Source: Thermodesulfobacteriota bacterium
Lineage (GTDB): Bacteria; Desulfobacterota; Desulfarculia; JACQYL01
DNA length: 64,000 bases
NCBI GenBank assembly: GCA_963675595.2
Contig: CAXXLZ010000001.1
Span: forward strand, 480,001 to 544,000
Direction: 5' to 3'
A program made the position numbers and the translations under genes. The notes beneath the pieces are model-generated. The model made no database searches and was not told the origin of the DNA. It saw nothing but the letters and a program-made list of their open reading frames with translations. Below are positions 10,515-20,837 of the stretch, piece by piece. Position 1 is the stretch's first letter. Every line of letters begins with the position of its first letter.

Positions 10515-11010
10515 GGTAATGGCGCAGTACGGCGTCGCTTCACTTCGCGTGAGTGCGACCCGTGTCCGTGCTCTACGGACGAGGTGAGGTTAGTACGAAG
10601 TGTATGCGGGTAGGGGACATAAGCGGTCGCGCGATACGATCGAATCCGTTGCCCGGGGAGTGAGATGTACCGTCTTTCGGTTTGTGGGTGAGGGCGGGAA
10701 ATCGAAAAACGGCGGTTGAATCGTTACTTCGAGTGCAAAAGGGGGAAGCCGTAATCGGGTCGGCTTGGCCGCGATTTATCCTTCAGCGGTTCTAAGAGCC
10801 GATGTTCTCGGTGGATCAGAGAGCAAGGTTGAAGGTTTCCCCCGGAGTAACGTGTAGTATCCTCAAGGTTTTTCCACTATCGAAGTTGGTCTTTTGCGTC
10901 CTTTCGATCAGCAGGGTCGATGAGCGGCCGATGTGCGGATGAGAGACGCAGAAGGGTCCGACCGTCCACACCGTAAAGCAAGGCCTGTCTGTTCGGGAGG
11001 GTAGAGGCAC

Positions 11011-12135
11011 ATGGCGGGACGTCGAGATTTCTATGAAATTCTTGGCGTAGGGCGAGAAGCCTCGGTGGAAGAAATCAAAAAAAGCTATCGAAAGGTGGCT
11101 TTTCAATATCATCCCGACCGAAATCCTGAAAATCGAGAGGCGGAGAATCGCTTCAAAGAGGCGACGGAAGCCTATGAGATTCTGAGTAACCCGGAAAAGC
11201 GTCTCATTTATGACCGATTCGGACACGAGGGGCTCTCAAGTTCCGGGCTTCAGGGATTTTCAGGCTTCGAAGATGTTTTCTCCTCCTTTGGGGACCTTTT
11301 CGAGAGTTTTTTTGGACGTTCCGATTGGACCCGTTCCAGGAAGCGCCCCGAGCGGGGGGAGGACCTGAAGTATAGGCTTACGGTCGGCCTGGAAGATGCG
11401 GCCTTTGGTATGGAAGCTCAAATCGAAGTGCCGCGACGGACGGAATGTCCTCGATGCAGCGGTTCCGGCCTGGAGCCGGGATACGAATTCGAAGTATGCG
11501 GGGAATGTGACGGCCGAGGTCGCATTGTCAAGGAACACGGACTTATGCGGTTTACGGTCCAGTGTCCGGCTTGTGAGGGCCAGGGAAGGATTGTCTCGCA
11601 TCCTTGTGAAAAGTGCGGAGGAAAAGGGAGAGGCGTCGAACACAAAAGGTTCGAGTTTCGGGTGCCTCCAGGGGTGGATTCCGGCACCCGCCTTCGAATT
11701 CGCGGTGGAGGAAACGCCGGGAAGAACGGCGGGGAAGCGGGAGACCTGGTGGTTGAAATCGAGGTCAAGTCCCATGCGTGTTTCGAGCGCAAAGGGGACG
11801 ACCTGATCTTTCGGTTGGGGCTTTGTTTTTCACAGGCGGCCGTGGGCACTACCGTGGAAGTGCCGACACTGGAAGGTCATGAAAAGATCAGAATCGTTCC
11901 GGGCGTGCGGCACGGAGACATTCTCAGGCTTCACGGAAAAGGGATTCCCCGGCTGAGGGGCTCCGGCCGAGGAGACCAGTTGATTGTGTTGGATCTCAAA
12001 ATTCCAACGGAACTCACGTCGAGGCAGGAAGAGATTCTTCGTGAACTGGAGTCCTTGGAGCAAGTTCAAACGTGCCCCGAGGTCGGCATGCCCGGTATGG
12101 AAGCCGCAGCGGAATGGAACTCCGGCGAGCTTTGA
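11011..12135 (+). CDS. dnaJ: Chaperone DnaJ
   Basis: J domain with HPD, G/F region, four CxxCxGxG motifs, C-terminal domain. Confidence 0.93.
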   Translation: MAGRRDFYEILGVGREASVEEIKKSYRKVAFQYHPDRNPENREAENRFKEATEAYEILSNPEKRLIYDRFGHEGLSSSGLQGFSGFEDVFSSFGDLFESFFGRSDWTRSRKRPERGEDLKYRLTVGLEDAAFGMEAQIEVPRRTECPRCSGSGLEPGYEFEVCGECDGRGRIVKEHGLMRFTVQCPACEGQGRIVSHPCEKCGGKGRGVEHKRFEFRVPPGVDSGTRLRIRGGGNAGKNGGEAGDLVVEIEVKSHACFERKGDDLIFRLGLCFSQAAVGTTVEVPTLEGHEKIRIVPGVRHGDILRLHGKGIPRLRGSGRGDQLIVLDLKIPTELTSRQEEILRELESLEQVQTCPEVGMPGMEAAAEWNSGEL

Positions 12136-12167
12136 TCAAGCAAATTCCTTGAGGGGACCGCATCAGG

Positions 12168-13370
12168 TCACACCGAGGACATCCGAAGCAGTTCAGGCCA
12201 CGCCTCGGCCAATCTGTCGAGCGCTTCGATGAGAAGCGATCTGGGGCAGGCGATATTCATCCTTTCAAATCCAACCCCTTCGGGATTGCCGAAAATGATC
12301 CCTTCGTCCAGCGCGAGTCCGGCTTTTCCGCGCACCCAATCATCCAGTTTCGGTTCATCCAACCCGAATTTTCTGAAATCGAGCCATACCAGATAAGTGG
12401 CCTCAGGTTCGATGATCTCGAGACCCGGCAGGTACTCTTTGCTGAAGTCTCGCAGGTACTTGAGATTGCCTTGGAGGTATTCCATCAGGGCGTCGAGCCA
12501 GGGTTCGCCGTGGGTGTAGGCCGCTTCCACCGCGGCCGCGCCGAAAGCGTTGGGTCCCGAGATGCCGTTGTTTTCCAGTTGATTCAAGTATCGTCGCCTC
12601 AGACCGGGTTGGGCGATCACGAGATTTGAAGTCTGTAGACCCGCCAGGTTGAAAGTCTTGCTCGGGGCGGTGCAGGTGATGGAGTTTTCCAGGAAGTCAT
12701 CTCGGATGGAACCGAATGGAATATGTTGATTCCCCTCGAAAATCAGGTCGGCGTGAATCTCATCGGAAATCACGAGGATGTTGTTTTGCAGGCAGATTTC
12801 TCCCAGACGCTCCTGCTCCTCACGGCTCCAGACCCTTCCCACCGGGTTATGCGGATTGCAGAGAATGAGCATTCTCGCTCTTGGATCCCGAGCCTTGGCT
12901 TCCAAGTCCTTGAAATCCATGTGGTATCGTCCGTGCTCCAAAGACAGCGGATTGTTCAGCACGGTCCGACCGTTGTTTTTCACGGCGGCCATGAAAGGGT
13001 AGTACACGGGCCGCTGCACAATGACTTTGTCTCCGGGGCTCGAGAAAGCCTGGACGATCATACAGATTGCGGGCACAATACCGGGACTGAATGCAATCCA
13101 GTCTTCCCGGATTTCCCATTGGTGTCGTCGTTTCATCCAGTCTACGATGACTCGATAGTAGGAAGGCGGGAAAATCGAATACCCGAAAAAACCATGTCCG
13201 GCTCGGCGGACCAGGGCATCGATCACCGAAGGGGGAGAGGGGAAGTCCATGTCGGCCACCCACATGGGCAGGAGGTCTTCGCTCCCGAAGCGGTTTTTGA
13301 GGAAGTCCCATTTGAGGGACCCGGTATCCTGTCTTTCAGGGAGCATATCGAAACTGCTCGTTGCGGTCAT
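12168..13370 (-). CDS. MalY/PatB cystathionine beta-lyase-like PLP enzyme
   Basis: LPMWVADMDF, CNPHNPVG, SDEIHAD, APSKTFNLAGL. Confidence 0.92.
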   Translation of the reverse strand: MTATSSFDMLPERQDTGSLKWDFLKNRFGSEDLLPMWVADMDFPSPPSVIDALVRRAGHGFFGYSIFPPSYYRVIVDWMKRRHQWEIREDWIAFSPGIVPAICMIVQAFSSPGDKVIVQRPVYYPFMAAVKNNGRTVLNNPLSLEHGRYHMDFKDLEAKARDPRARMLILCNPHNPVGRVWSREEQERLGEICLQNNILVISDEIHADLIFEGNQHIPFGSIRDDFLENSITCTAPSKTFNLAGLQTSNLVIAQPGLRRRYLNQLENNGISGPNAFGAAAVEAAYTHGEPWLDALMEYLQGNLKYLRDFSKEYLPGLEIIEPEATYLVWLDFRKFGLDEPKLDDWVRGKAGLALDEGIIFGNPEGVGFERMNIACPRSLLIEALDRLAEAWPELLRMSSV

Positions 13371-13454
13371 AAGAGTGCTTTCACGATGTTGCGAGGTCGA
13401 CGAGGCGGAGGCTCGGCCCCACCATTCCGGGATCGCCGGTGTGCCGGCGACACA

Positions 13455-13529
13455 AAAAGTCCCCCCGAACCCCATCCAAACTTATTGAGCGGGTTGCTCG
13501 CTTCCGCGTCGCAACCGGGGTGAGGGGCC
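13455..13529 (+). repeat. Repeat family F, copy
   Basis: TGAGCGGGTTGCTCGCTTCCGCGTCGCAACCGGG is shared with 36298-36393 (inverted) and, degenerate, with about 37490-37550. Confidence 0.75.
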
Positions 13530-13534
13530 GTTAA

Positions 13535-13684
13535 CAGGCTGTTGAAAAACGCGATCTGCGGCGTTGCGCTTCATCCCTCGTCACTGCGACGTACTCTATG
13601 TACGTCTCATTCCTCAGGATTTGCGCGCCTTGCATCTCATCGTTTTTCAGCAGTCTGCCGCAACCGGTTTTTCTCAACGGGCCG
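13535..13684 (+). mobile_element. MITE family M, best-preserved copy with TTAA target duplication
   Basis: TTAA-CAGGCTGTTGAAAAA...TTCTCAACGGGCCG-TTAA; a second inner right IR at 13642-13657; internal hairpin GACGTAC/GTACGTC. Confidence 0.85.
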
Positions 13685-14009
13685 TTAAGAGACCCATTGC
13701 CGGACGCATCAGGAACGGAGCCCTCGACAAGGGCGCCCCGGTCCGCAAATCACAGTCGTTCACGGAAGGAACTTGTCTATTGTCGGAACGGGCCACAGTG
13801 CCTGCTCAAAAAACGGCCGAAGGCCCACCTTCTTTGCTTTTTCAGAAGTTCCCCCCGTGAATGCAGACACAAGATTAGCACCCGGTCCGGTCCGGGATCA
13901 AACGGGGACCTGATTCATACACATGCGGGAAGAGAGGCGGGGGGGGAAGCGGGCGCTTGGAGACCCGGAATTCCGGCCCCTGCCGGGCCGTCGAAGAGCC
14001 CGATGAGCA

Positions 14010-14131
14010 GGGTTGCGCATCATCTCTCGTCACTGGGACCTAGTCCATGTCCGGCTCATCCTCGGGATTTGCGCGCCCTGCAAGTCATCGTTTTCACGGC
14101 CCCGGGGTAACCGGCCTATTTCAACGGGCTG
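14010..14131 (+). mobile_element. MITE family M, degenerate copy
   Basis: Aligns to the core and right end (TTTCAACGGGCTG); left end lost. Confidence 0.65.
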
Positions 14132-14164
14132 ATCAGGAAGTACGACCGAGAGTGCACGGCGTTT

Positions 14165-14467
14165 TCAGGAGGCCAAATTGAGTCTTTTCAGCACGGTGGA
14201 GGTCCGGTCGGCAATGGCGATGCGATATTCGAAGCCGGGGATGGAAGAGAACATTTTCACCGCAGCCTCGATTCGTTTGAGAGCGGTCTCCTTCATACCG
14301 CGCCGAACCTCGTAGATTCCCACTCCTTCCACGGTATTCTCATTGGAGGGAAAGCTGTAATGCCCTTTTAGAGCGATGTAGTCCGGCAGGCAAGGCAGAC
14401 CGGCGAGAAGTCCTGCAGCTTCTTTGACCGATTTCACGGGTGTGCTGGAAAAGACGACAATGATCAT
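14165..14467 (-). CDS. Hypothetical protein (possible ferredoxin-like alpha/beta fold)
   Basis: 100-aa ATG ORF with aagga upstream; natural composition. Confidence 0.6.
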   Translation of the reverse strand: MIIVVFSSTPVKSVKEAAGLLAGLPCLPDYIALKGHYSFPSNENTVEGVGIYEVRRGMKETALKRIEAAVKMFSSIPGFEYRIAIADRTSTVLKRLNLAS

Positions 14468-14839
14468 TCCGATTCAAATTCCTTTGTTATTCCGATGGAA
14501 ACAACTCGCGGGATCCTCGGACGGCTGCGGGCGGGCCATGAATTCTCTTCCCGGATGAGGAATCGGTTGTTACCATGAAAGGGAACAACAGGGAAATACC
14601 ATCTGAACTGATTTTGAGGAGATTGGGGCGAGGAGCGAGGGACACGGTCGCGAGATATTTCCGGGAATTCGGCCGGCTTAGGGGATGGTCATGGGGCTAT
14701 GAACACCCGGTCGCGATGGAAATTTCGCTTGTTTGTCCGTTAATTCTCGCCAATTCGATTCATTGGGCGTAAGCCGAAGCAATGTAATGTAATATATGCA
14801 TATTCGACGGAAAATCGCTTAGTTTTTGGGAGCGCACCA

Positions 14840-15058
14840 TTGGGAAGGGAACTCGGGGAAGGGGGGACGACACCGCCGGCATGGATCCGTGAGCTTGAAA
14901 GCGCCACTTTGCAAGGCTGTCTAAGCGCCGTCGGGAGGCTTGGACCGGACAAGCGAAGGGAGCTCTTCGAGGCCCTTGAAAGCGGTCGCCTTTCCGGTGA
15001 TATTGAGAAAGCCGCCCTGATGCTTCGGGAACATGGGCTTTCCTGTGGTTTCCTGTGA
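14840..15058 (+). CDS. Small hypothetical protein
   Basis: gggag RBS, TTG start, helical composition, stop followed directly by a GC hairpin. Confidence 0.4.
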   Translation: MGRELGEGGTTPPAWIRELESATLQGCLSAVGRLGPDKRRELFEALESGRLSGDIEKAALMLREHGLSCGFL

Positions 15059-15060
15059 TT

Positions 15061-15102
15061 CCGGCCGGGCCGGAGATAAGGTAGGCTCTCGCGGCCGGCC
15101 GG
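15061..15102. terminator. Possible bidirectional terminator hairpin
   Basis: CCGGCCGGGCCGGAGA...TCTCGCGGCCGGCCGG between two convergent small ORFs. Confidence 0.45.
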
Positions 15103-15124
15103 CTCCGCTTTGAGTGCAAGGAAA

Positions 15125-15232
15125 TCAACCAAAGAGTGTTTTCACATACCCGTATTCCTGCTCAGGGGCCAGCCATGCGATCAGAAACAGCAATAGAATC
15201 AGCAGAATGAGAATGGCGAACCGAATATTCAA
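15125..15232 (-). CDS. 35-aa single-TM small protein (not in ORF track)
   Basis: GAGGT RBS 6 nt before TTG; MNIRFAILILLILLLFLIAWLAPEQEYGYVKTLFG. Confidence 0.5.
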   Translation of the reverse strand: MNIRFAILILLILLLFLIAWLAPEQEYGYVKTLFG

Positions 15233-15747
15233 GTGTGCACCTCATCGAAGGCTATGGAACCCGTCCGGCGGGGATGTCTCTCCGATCACGAAGGACGGGA
15301 ATTGGAGACGAAAAGCGAATTCGGGAACCACACATGAGTGGAAGCACATCTGAACGGAGGCGAAACACAACGACCGAACCTGCTATCTAGTATATACTCT
15401 TTGTAGAACAAATCGTGCAAACGTTTTCATTTCTTAAGGTGAAAATGAGAGGGTTTCACTGCGGAATCAAAGAGCATGGGGTGAATCGGTTGGGGGCGTT
15501 TCGTGTGAAATATCCGGTCTGCGCCCGATACCCAACCGTCCCCTCGAAAGGACATAATAGCGGATCGGAGTGATTTTTCCACCGCAGGTCGTCGGTGCGA
15601 CGCGTTGATGGGAAAGGGGACTCGTTTGGGGTTTGGGCTCAAAATGAGAACCGACGCACGCACTCTTCATTTTGGGTTAAGCCGCTGGAGCCGCAAGCGA
15701 CGGCTTCGCAGCTCCGGCACGGGACACTTTTACGATTAGGAGGTATT

Positions 15748-17604
15748 ATGAGACGGAATGGTGTGGCGTGGTTGATTGTGTTGGCGTTGAGCGTGATGTT
15801 GGTGAGTTGTATACCCCAGAAACCCAGACCGGCCTATGAGCCCGTGGATCTCACCCCGAAACTCACAAGCGGCAACATGGTCCAGAAGGCCAAAGTCTTT
15901 GAGGTCATCCTGGACAATTCCCAATCCATGACGAGAGAGTACAACGGGCGGTCCAAGTTCGAGCTGGCCCGCGACCTTGCGTACGAGTTTAACGAAACGA
16001 TCCCGGAGATGCCTTTGACGAGCGCACTGAGAACCTTCGGGAGAGGTCCGAACACCATGGCTACGGGAACCTTCCTCCTCCAGTCGCCGTCGGAATATTC
16101 CAAAGGGGAATTCGCCGGGACCTTGGACACGGTGGAATGGGCCGGAGGCGGGAGTCCGTTGGCTTCCGCGATCAATGGAGCGAATCGGGACCTTGAAGCC
16201 ACGGAAGGGGAAATCGCCCTGGTGATTTTCAGTGACGGCATTGAGATGGACGACTCCCCGGTCCGCGCCGCGGAGGCCTTGAAGGAAAAGTACGGAGACC
16301 GGCTCTGCATCTACACCGTGGTCGTGGGGAATGCCATCACGGGGATCGATCTCCTCAAAAAAGTGGCCGAAGCGGGCAAGTGCGGAAGCACCATCACGGA
16401 CCCGGAGCTCATGACCACTGCCGCCATGGGGGATTTTGTCGAGAGCATTTTTCTGACGATTCCGCCGGATACGGACGGCGACGGGGTGTACGACTACAAG
16501 GACGAATGTCCCGATACCCCGAAAGGCGTGAAGGTGGATGAAAAGGGTTGTCCCATCGACACGGACGGCGATGGAGTGGCCGATTATCTGGACAAGTGTC
16601 CGGATACGCCCAAGGGCGTGAAGGTGGATGAGAAGGGCTGTCCCTTCGATACGGACGGCGACGGCGTGTATGATTATATGGACGAATGTCCCGATACCCC
16701 GAAAGGCGTGGCCGTAAATGAAAAGGGCTGCCCCTTCGATACGGACGGCGACGGCGTGTACGATTACCTGGATGCCTGCCCGGATACCCCCAAGGGCGTG
16801 GCCGTAGATGAGAAGGGCTGTCCCTTCGATACGGACGGCGACGGGGTCTACGATTACCTGGATGCCTGCCCGGATACCCCCAAGGGCGTGGCCGTGGATG
16901 AAAAGGGCTGCCCCTTCGATACGGACGGCGACGGCGTGTACGATTACCTGGACGACTGCCCGGATACGCCGGCCGGTGTGAGAGTGGATGAAAAAGGCTG
17001 TCCCTTCGATACGGATGGTGACGGCGTTTATGATTACCTGGACAAGTGTCCGGACACTCCTTCCGGCGTGAAAGTGGATGAAAAAGGCTGCCCGCTGGAT
17101 ACGGACGGTGACGGCGTTTATGATTACCTGGACAAATGCCCGGGGACTCCCAAGGGAGTGAAGGTGGACGATAACGGTTGTCCGCTGGATACGGACGGCG
17201 ACGGGGTGTACGATTACCTGGATGAATGCCCCGACACGCCCAAGGGCGCGCGAGTAACGTCCAAAGGTTGCTGGACCCTCAGCCATGTGCTGTTCGGTTT
17301 CAACAAAGCGGAAATCAAGCCGGGGGCTTACCCCTTCCTGGACGAGGTGGTGGACATTCTCGAAAAGAATCCGTCCATGAAGGTGGAGATTCAAGGGCAT
17401 ACCGACAACGTGGGCTCCAAGAAGTTCAATGAGGAACTGTCGAAGAAAAGGGCCGACGCCGTGGCGGACTACCTCCGAGAAAAGGGCATTTCCGGGAGTC
17501 GCATGTACACGGAAGCCTACTGGTTCTCCAAACCCGTGGCCACCAATGGGACGGATGAAGGCCGCGCTTTGAATCGCCGAGTGGAATTGCACCCGGTGAA
17601 GTAG
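15748..17604 (+). CDS. OmpA-family lipoprotein with vWA domain and thrombospondin type 3-like repeats
   Basis: RBS aggagg, lipobox LVSC, DNSQSM/FSDG (vWA), 9 x 30-aa DTDGDGV repeats, GHTDNVG...NRRVE. Confidence 0.92.
   Translation: MRRNGVAWLIVLALSVMLVSCIPQKPRPAYEPVDLTPKLTSGNMVQKAKVFEVILDNSQSMTREYNGRSKFELARDLAYEFNETIPEMPLTSALRTFGRGPNTMATGTFLLQSPSEYSKGEFAGTLDTVEWAGGGSPLASAINGANRDLEATEGEIALVIFSDGIEMDDSPVRAAEALKEKYGDRLCIYTVVVGNAITGIDLLKKVAEAGKCGSTITDPELMTTAAMGDFVESIFLTIPPDTDGDGVYDYKDECPDTPKGVKVDEKGCPIDTDGDGVADYLDKCPDTPKGVKVDEKGCPFDTDGDGVYDYMDECPDTPKGVAVNEKGCPFDTDGDGVYDYLDACPDTPKGVAVDEKGCPFDTDGDGVYDYLDACPDTPKGVAVDEKGCPFDTDGDGVYDYLDDCPDTPAGVRVDEKGCPFDTDGDGVYDYLDKCPDTPSGVKVDEKGCPLDTDGDGVYDYLDKCPGTPKGVKVDDNGCPLDTDGDGVYDYLDECPDTPKGARVTSKGCWTLSHVLFGFNKAEIKPGAYPFLDEVVDILEKNPSMKVEIQGHTDNVGSKKFNEELSKKRADAVADYLREKGISGSRMYTEAYWFSKPVATNGTDEGRALNRRVELHPVK
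16468..17274 (+). repeat. Nine tandem 90-bp coding repeats
   Basis: GA(T/C)ACGGA(C/T)GG recurs every 90 nt from 16468 to 17188. Confidence 0.95.
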
Positions 17605-17650
17605 GCGGGGTGACCCCAACCGGAACATCCATGAAGTTGTTCACACAATT

Positions 17651-17726
17651 TCCGGGGGAACGCCGTTCCCCCGGATCCCCTGCTGCGCGCTCCGTCCCTT
17701 AAGGGACGAAGCCGATCCGGGCACAC
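17651..17726 (+). repeat. REP-like hairpin repeat family A, copy
   Basis: TCCGGGGGAA-cgccg-TTCCCCCGGA...GCTCCGTCCC-ttaa-GGGACG; inverted homolog at 34221-34295. Confidence 0.75.
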
Positions 17727-17750
17727 CACCCCATACCCCTTACTTGGCGC

Positions 17751-17896
17751 ACCTTGGAAGAATGCGATCTGCGGCCCTGCGCTTCATCCCCCCGTCACTG
17801 TGATGTACTTCAGTGTACAAATCCCGTCGGGATTTGCGCGCGTTGCATCTTATCGTTTCTCCGCATCCTGTAACGGTCCGCTTTTTTCAACGGGCT
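17751..17896 (+). mobile_element. MITE family M, degenerate copy
   Basis: GCGATCTGCGGC...GCGCTTCATCCC...GTCACTG...GGATTTGCGCGC...TTTTTTCAACGGGCT. Confidence 0.7.
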
Positions 17897-18109
17897 TCGG
17901 GGTGATGTCACGAAAGCCATGAGGAAAAATCATGACTTCCATGGCAGGAAGCCATGTATCCGCTTATTGTCCGGGACGAAAAGTTATTCTATGATGATTT
18001 TTGTGGAAAAACGACAGGGAGCGGCCGAATCAGGTCTTTTTCCGGCGTCATGGTCGAGGTGTGATTCCGTCGACTTCGCGGTCCGTCGATGCCGCGCCGA
18101 TCGACGGAA

Positions 18110-18293
18110 CCGTTCGCGAGGAACCTCGTCAAAACGGAATCATGCGCCAAGCGAAGACACCGTCCCGCGCTGCTTGCGGCGGGCAAGCCGAACCCTGCGT
18201 GTCGCGCCGAGCCCTACCGGCGCTTGTAGGGGCGTCCGTTTCTGAAAGATCGGCCACATAAACCCTCCGGTTGCCGGTTTCGACGCCGACCGA
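18110..18293 (+). repeat. Repeat family C, upstream of the catalase
   Basis: Core GAACC(C/T)TGCGTGTCG..CCGAGCCCTACCGG shared with 28125-28270 and 29800-29925. Confidence 0.7.
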
Positions 18294-18607
18294 TCCGTTT
18301 CGTCCTGTTCCTGAACTGTTGATCCTCCGGCGGTGATTCAAGGATTCATCAGGCCTGTTCGGTCGGAGTGTGTCTCAAACGTAATGCAATCGTGATTAAG
18401 CCAAAGAGTGCATATGGACCCTTTGTCGGCATTCAAGGATGAGCGTGCTATCCCCGGGGAACCATAGAGAGGTTTCTCCCGTGAACGCGCCCATTTTTGG
18501 CCGGAATAAAAGAGTCGAACAGCAGGACCCGAGCCCGCGGTCCGTTGCGCGGCGACGGCAAAAAGGAAGAAAAGTCGATCACAACCCCAAAACAAGGAGA
18601 TGCGATC

Positions 18608-20059
18608 ATGACAGACGATTCCAAATTCACAACCACTGATGCCGGGATTCCCGTTTCCAGCGACGAGTACTCTCTCACGGTGGGTCCCGATGGCCCCATT
18701 CTTCTGCAGGATCACTACCTGATGGAGCAGATGGCCAACTTCAACCGGGAGATGATTCCGGATCGCCAGCCCCATGCAAAGGGTTCCGGGGCCTTCGGTC
18801 ACTTTGAGGTAATGCAGGACGTGAGCGCCTACACCAAGGCGGCGGTGTTCCAACCCGGCGCGAAGACCGAGGTGCTGGCCCGGTTCTCCACGGTGGCCGG
18901 CGAAAGCGGCAGCCCCGACACCTGGCGGGACGTGCGCGGTTTTGCGCTCAAATTCTACACCACCGAGGGCAACTACGACATGGTGGGAAACAACACCCCC
19001 GTGTTTTTCGTGCGCGACCCCATGAAGTTTCAGCACTTCATCCACTCACAGAAACGCCGTGCGGAAAGCGGTCTGCGCGATAACGACATGCAGTGGGACT
19101 TCTGGACCCTGTCCCCCGAGACCGCCCATCAGGTCACCATCCTGATGAGCGATCGCGGAGTCCCCAGGAGCTATCGCCACATGAACGGCTACACGAGCCA
19201 CACCTACATGTGGGTCAACGCCCAAGGCGAGCGCTTCTGGGTGAAGTACCATTTCAAGACCGATCAGGGCATCGAATTCCTCACTCAGCAAGAGGCCGAC
19301 CGGATCGCCGGCGAGGATGCCGACTATCATCGCCGCGATCTGTACGAGGCGATCAAACGAGGGGATTACCCGAGCTGGACCCTGAAAGTTCAAATCATGC
19401 CCTTCAAGGAGGCCGAAACCTACCGGTTCAACCCCTTTGATCTGACCAAGGTTTGGCCCCACGAAGACTATCCCATGCACGAAGTCGGCCGCCTCACCCT
19501 GAACCGCAACCCAAGCGATTTTCACAGTGAGATCGAGCAGGCGGCGTTCGAACCGAACAACCTGGTTCCGGGGATCGGTCCCAGCCCGGACAAGATGCTC
19601 CTCGCCCGCCTGGTGTCCTATGCGGACGCCCACCGGGCGCGCCTGGGCGTCAACTACAAGCAGATCCCGGTCAATCGGCCGAAGAGCCCGGTGCACAGCT
19701 ACAGCAAGGGCGGTGCGATGCGGATCCAGAACGTCTCCGATCCGGTCTACGCGCCCAACTCCAAGGGCGGCTTCAAGCCCGACGCCGAGCGGTACCCCGA
19801 GACGGCCGTGTGGAGCGCCGACGGCGAATTCGTTCGCGCCGCCTACACGAAGCGCAAGGACGACGACGATTTCGGGCAACCCGGTACCTTGGTGCGCAAG
19901 GTGATGGACGATGCACAACGCGACCGCTTGGTATCCAATGTGGTCGGCCATCTCAAAGACGGCGTGAGCGAGCCCGTGCTGAAACGTGCATTCGAATACT
20001 GGCGCAACATCGACAAAGAGATCGGCGACCGCATCGCCAAAGGCGTCCAGGGCGACTGA
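18608..20059 (+). CDS. katA: Monofunctional heme catalase (small-subunit type)
   Basis: [45 protein letters not shown]; RBS aaggag. Confidence 0.95.
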   Translation: MTDDSKFTTTDAGIPVSSDEYSLTVGPDGPILLQDHYLMEQMANFNREMIPDRQPHAKGSGAFGHFEVMQDVSAYTKAAVFQPGAKTEVLARFSTVAGESGSPDTWRDVRGFALKFYTTEGNYDMVGNNTPVFFVRDPMKFQHFIHSQKRRAESGLRDNDMQWDFWTLSPETAHQVTILMSDRGVPRSYRHMNGYTSHTYMWVNAQGERFWVKYHFKTDQGIEFLTQQEADRIAGEDADYHRRDLYEAIKRGDYPSWTLKVQIMPFKEAETYRFNPFDLTKVWPHEDYPMHEVGRLTLNRNPSDFHSEIEQAAFEPNNLVPGIGPSPDKMLLARLVSYADAHRARLGVNYKQIPVNRPKSPVHSYSKGGAMRIQNVSDPVYAPNSKGGFKPDAERYPETAVWSADGEFVRAAYTKRKDDDDFGQPGTLVRKVMDDAQRDRLVSNVVGHLKDGVSEPVLKRAFEYWRNIDKEIGDRIAKGVQGD

Positions 20060-20189
20060 TCTTCCCCAACACCTTATACGTTGCGACCCCGCCGGTGATG
20101 TCGCCGGCGAGGTCGTGCCGAACTTCCATCATTTCACCTGTTCAACGCCGCCCCTCGGCGGAGCGGACGGCTACATCCCGTATTGGTAT

Positions 20190-20395
20190 TCACGGGGGAG
20201 GACTTTCGAGAGAGTCCTCCCCCGAGCCCCCTCTCAAAGCAGGTTGGACAGGCCTCACCGCCTTCGGCGGAGAGGCGGCGGAAGAATGCAGGTTGCCTCA
20301 CTCATTCCCAACGATCCCCCCATCTCCTGAATGGAAAAGATGTTCTCAAGTTCGACTTCGTCCCGGAAGGGACGGATACCCCTCCGAATGATCAC
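20190..20395 (+). repeat. Solo diverged copy of the 216-bp unit (family T)
   Basis: Colinear with the array units at 35521-36297, including the GGGGGAGGACTTTC hairpin. Confidence 0.85.
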
Positions 20396-20396
20396 C

Positions 20397-20632
20397 TTGC
20401 TCTTTGATATCTCTCTTCCACGCAATGCTCGATTGGGGAGAGCAAAGCGAAACTCAACCATCATTACATTATCCCATCCTTGCACATCGATCGGTTCTCC
20501 ACAGGGCTGCACCTTCGAAGGAAAATCCGTTCCTCGACTCGGGGTCCTGGGTTCGTGGAATTCCGCTTTCCTGGAGGCGGGCCGGAGTGCCTGCCCCGAT
20601 TTCAGCTGGAGCATTGTCTCCGCCACGGCCCC
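20397..20632 (+). repeat. Repeat family D, downstream of the catalase
   Basis: 20451-20632 aligns with 27748-27926; the 5' part aligns with 33964-34031; contains a REP-like hairpin GGCGGGC-N6-GCCTGCC. Confidence 0.8.
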
Positions 20633-20837
20633 GCCGTCTTAAAATAGCCTTTATTTTTAGTGCCTTATAATGCTTTTCAAAAACGACGGATTGAAGTTGT
20701 ACTTGCTGGGCGAATGCCCTCAAGTTCGATTGGTGCCAAGCCGCCTGATTATTCATTAATGAATTTTTGTAAAGCGGAACGGCAGACAATCATGTATGAT
20801 CGGTCGAAACTGAATCCTCGAAGAATGGGAGCGCGGC

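Noticed and set aside
10713-10740. CIRCE element upstream of dnaJ
   Set aside because: Only a GAGTGCAAA half-site; the left TTAGCACTC arm is absent.
15680-15720. Riboswitch upstream of the OmpA lipoprotein
   Set aside because: A single hairpin without the conserved motifs of any riboswitch I recognise.
16468-17274. 90-bp repeats as a non-coding array
   Set aside because: They are in frame within the OmpA lipoprotein and vary mostly at synonymous positions.
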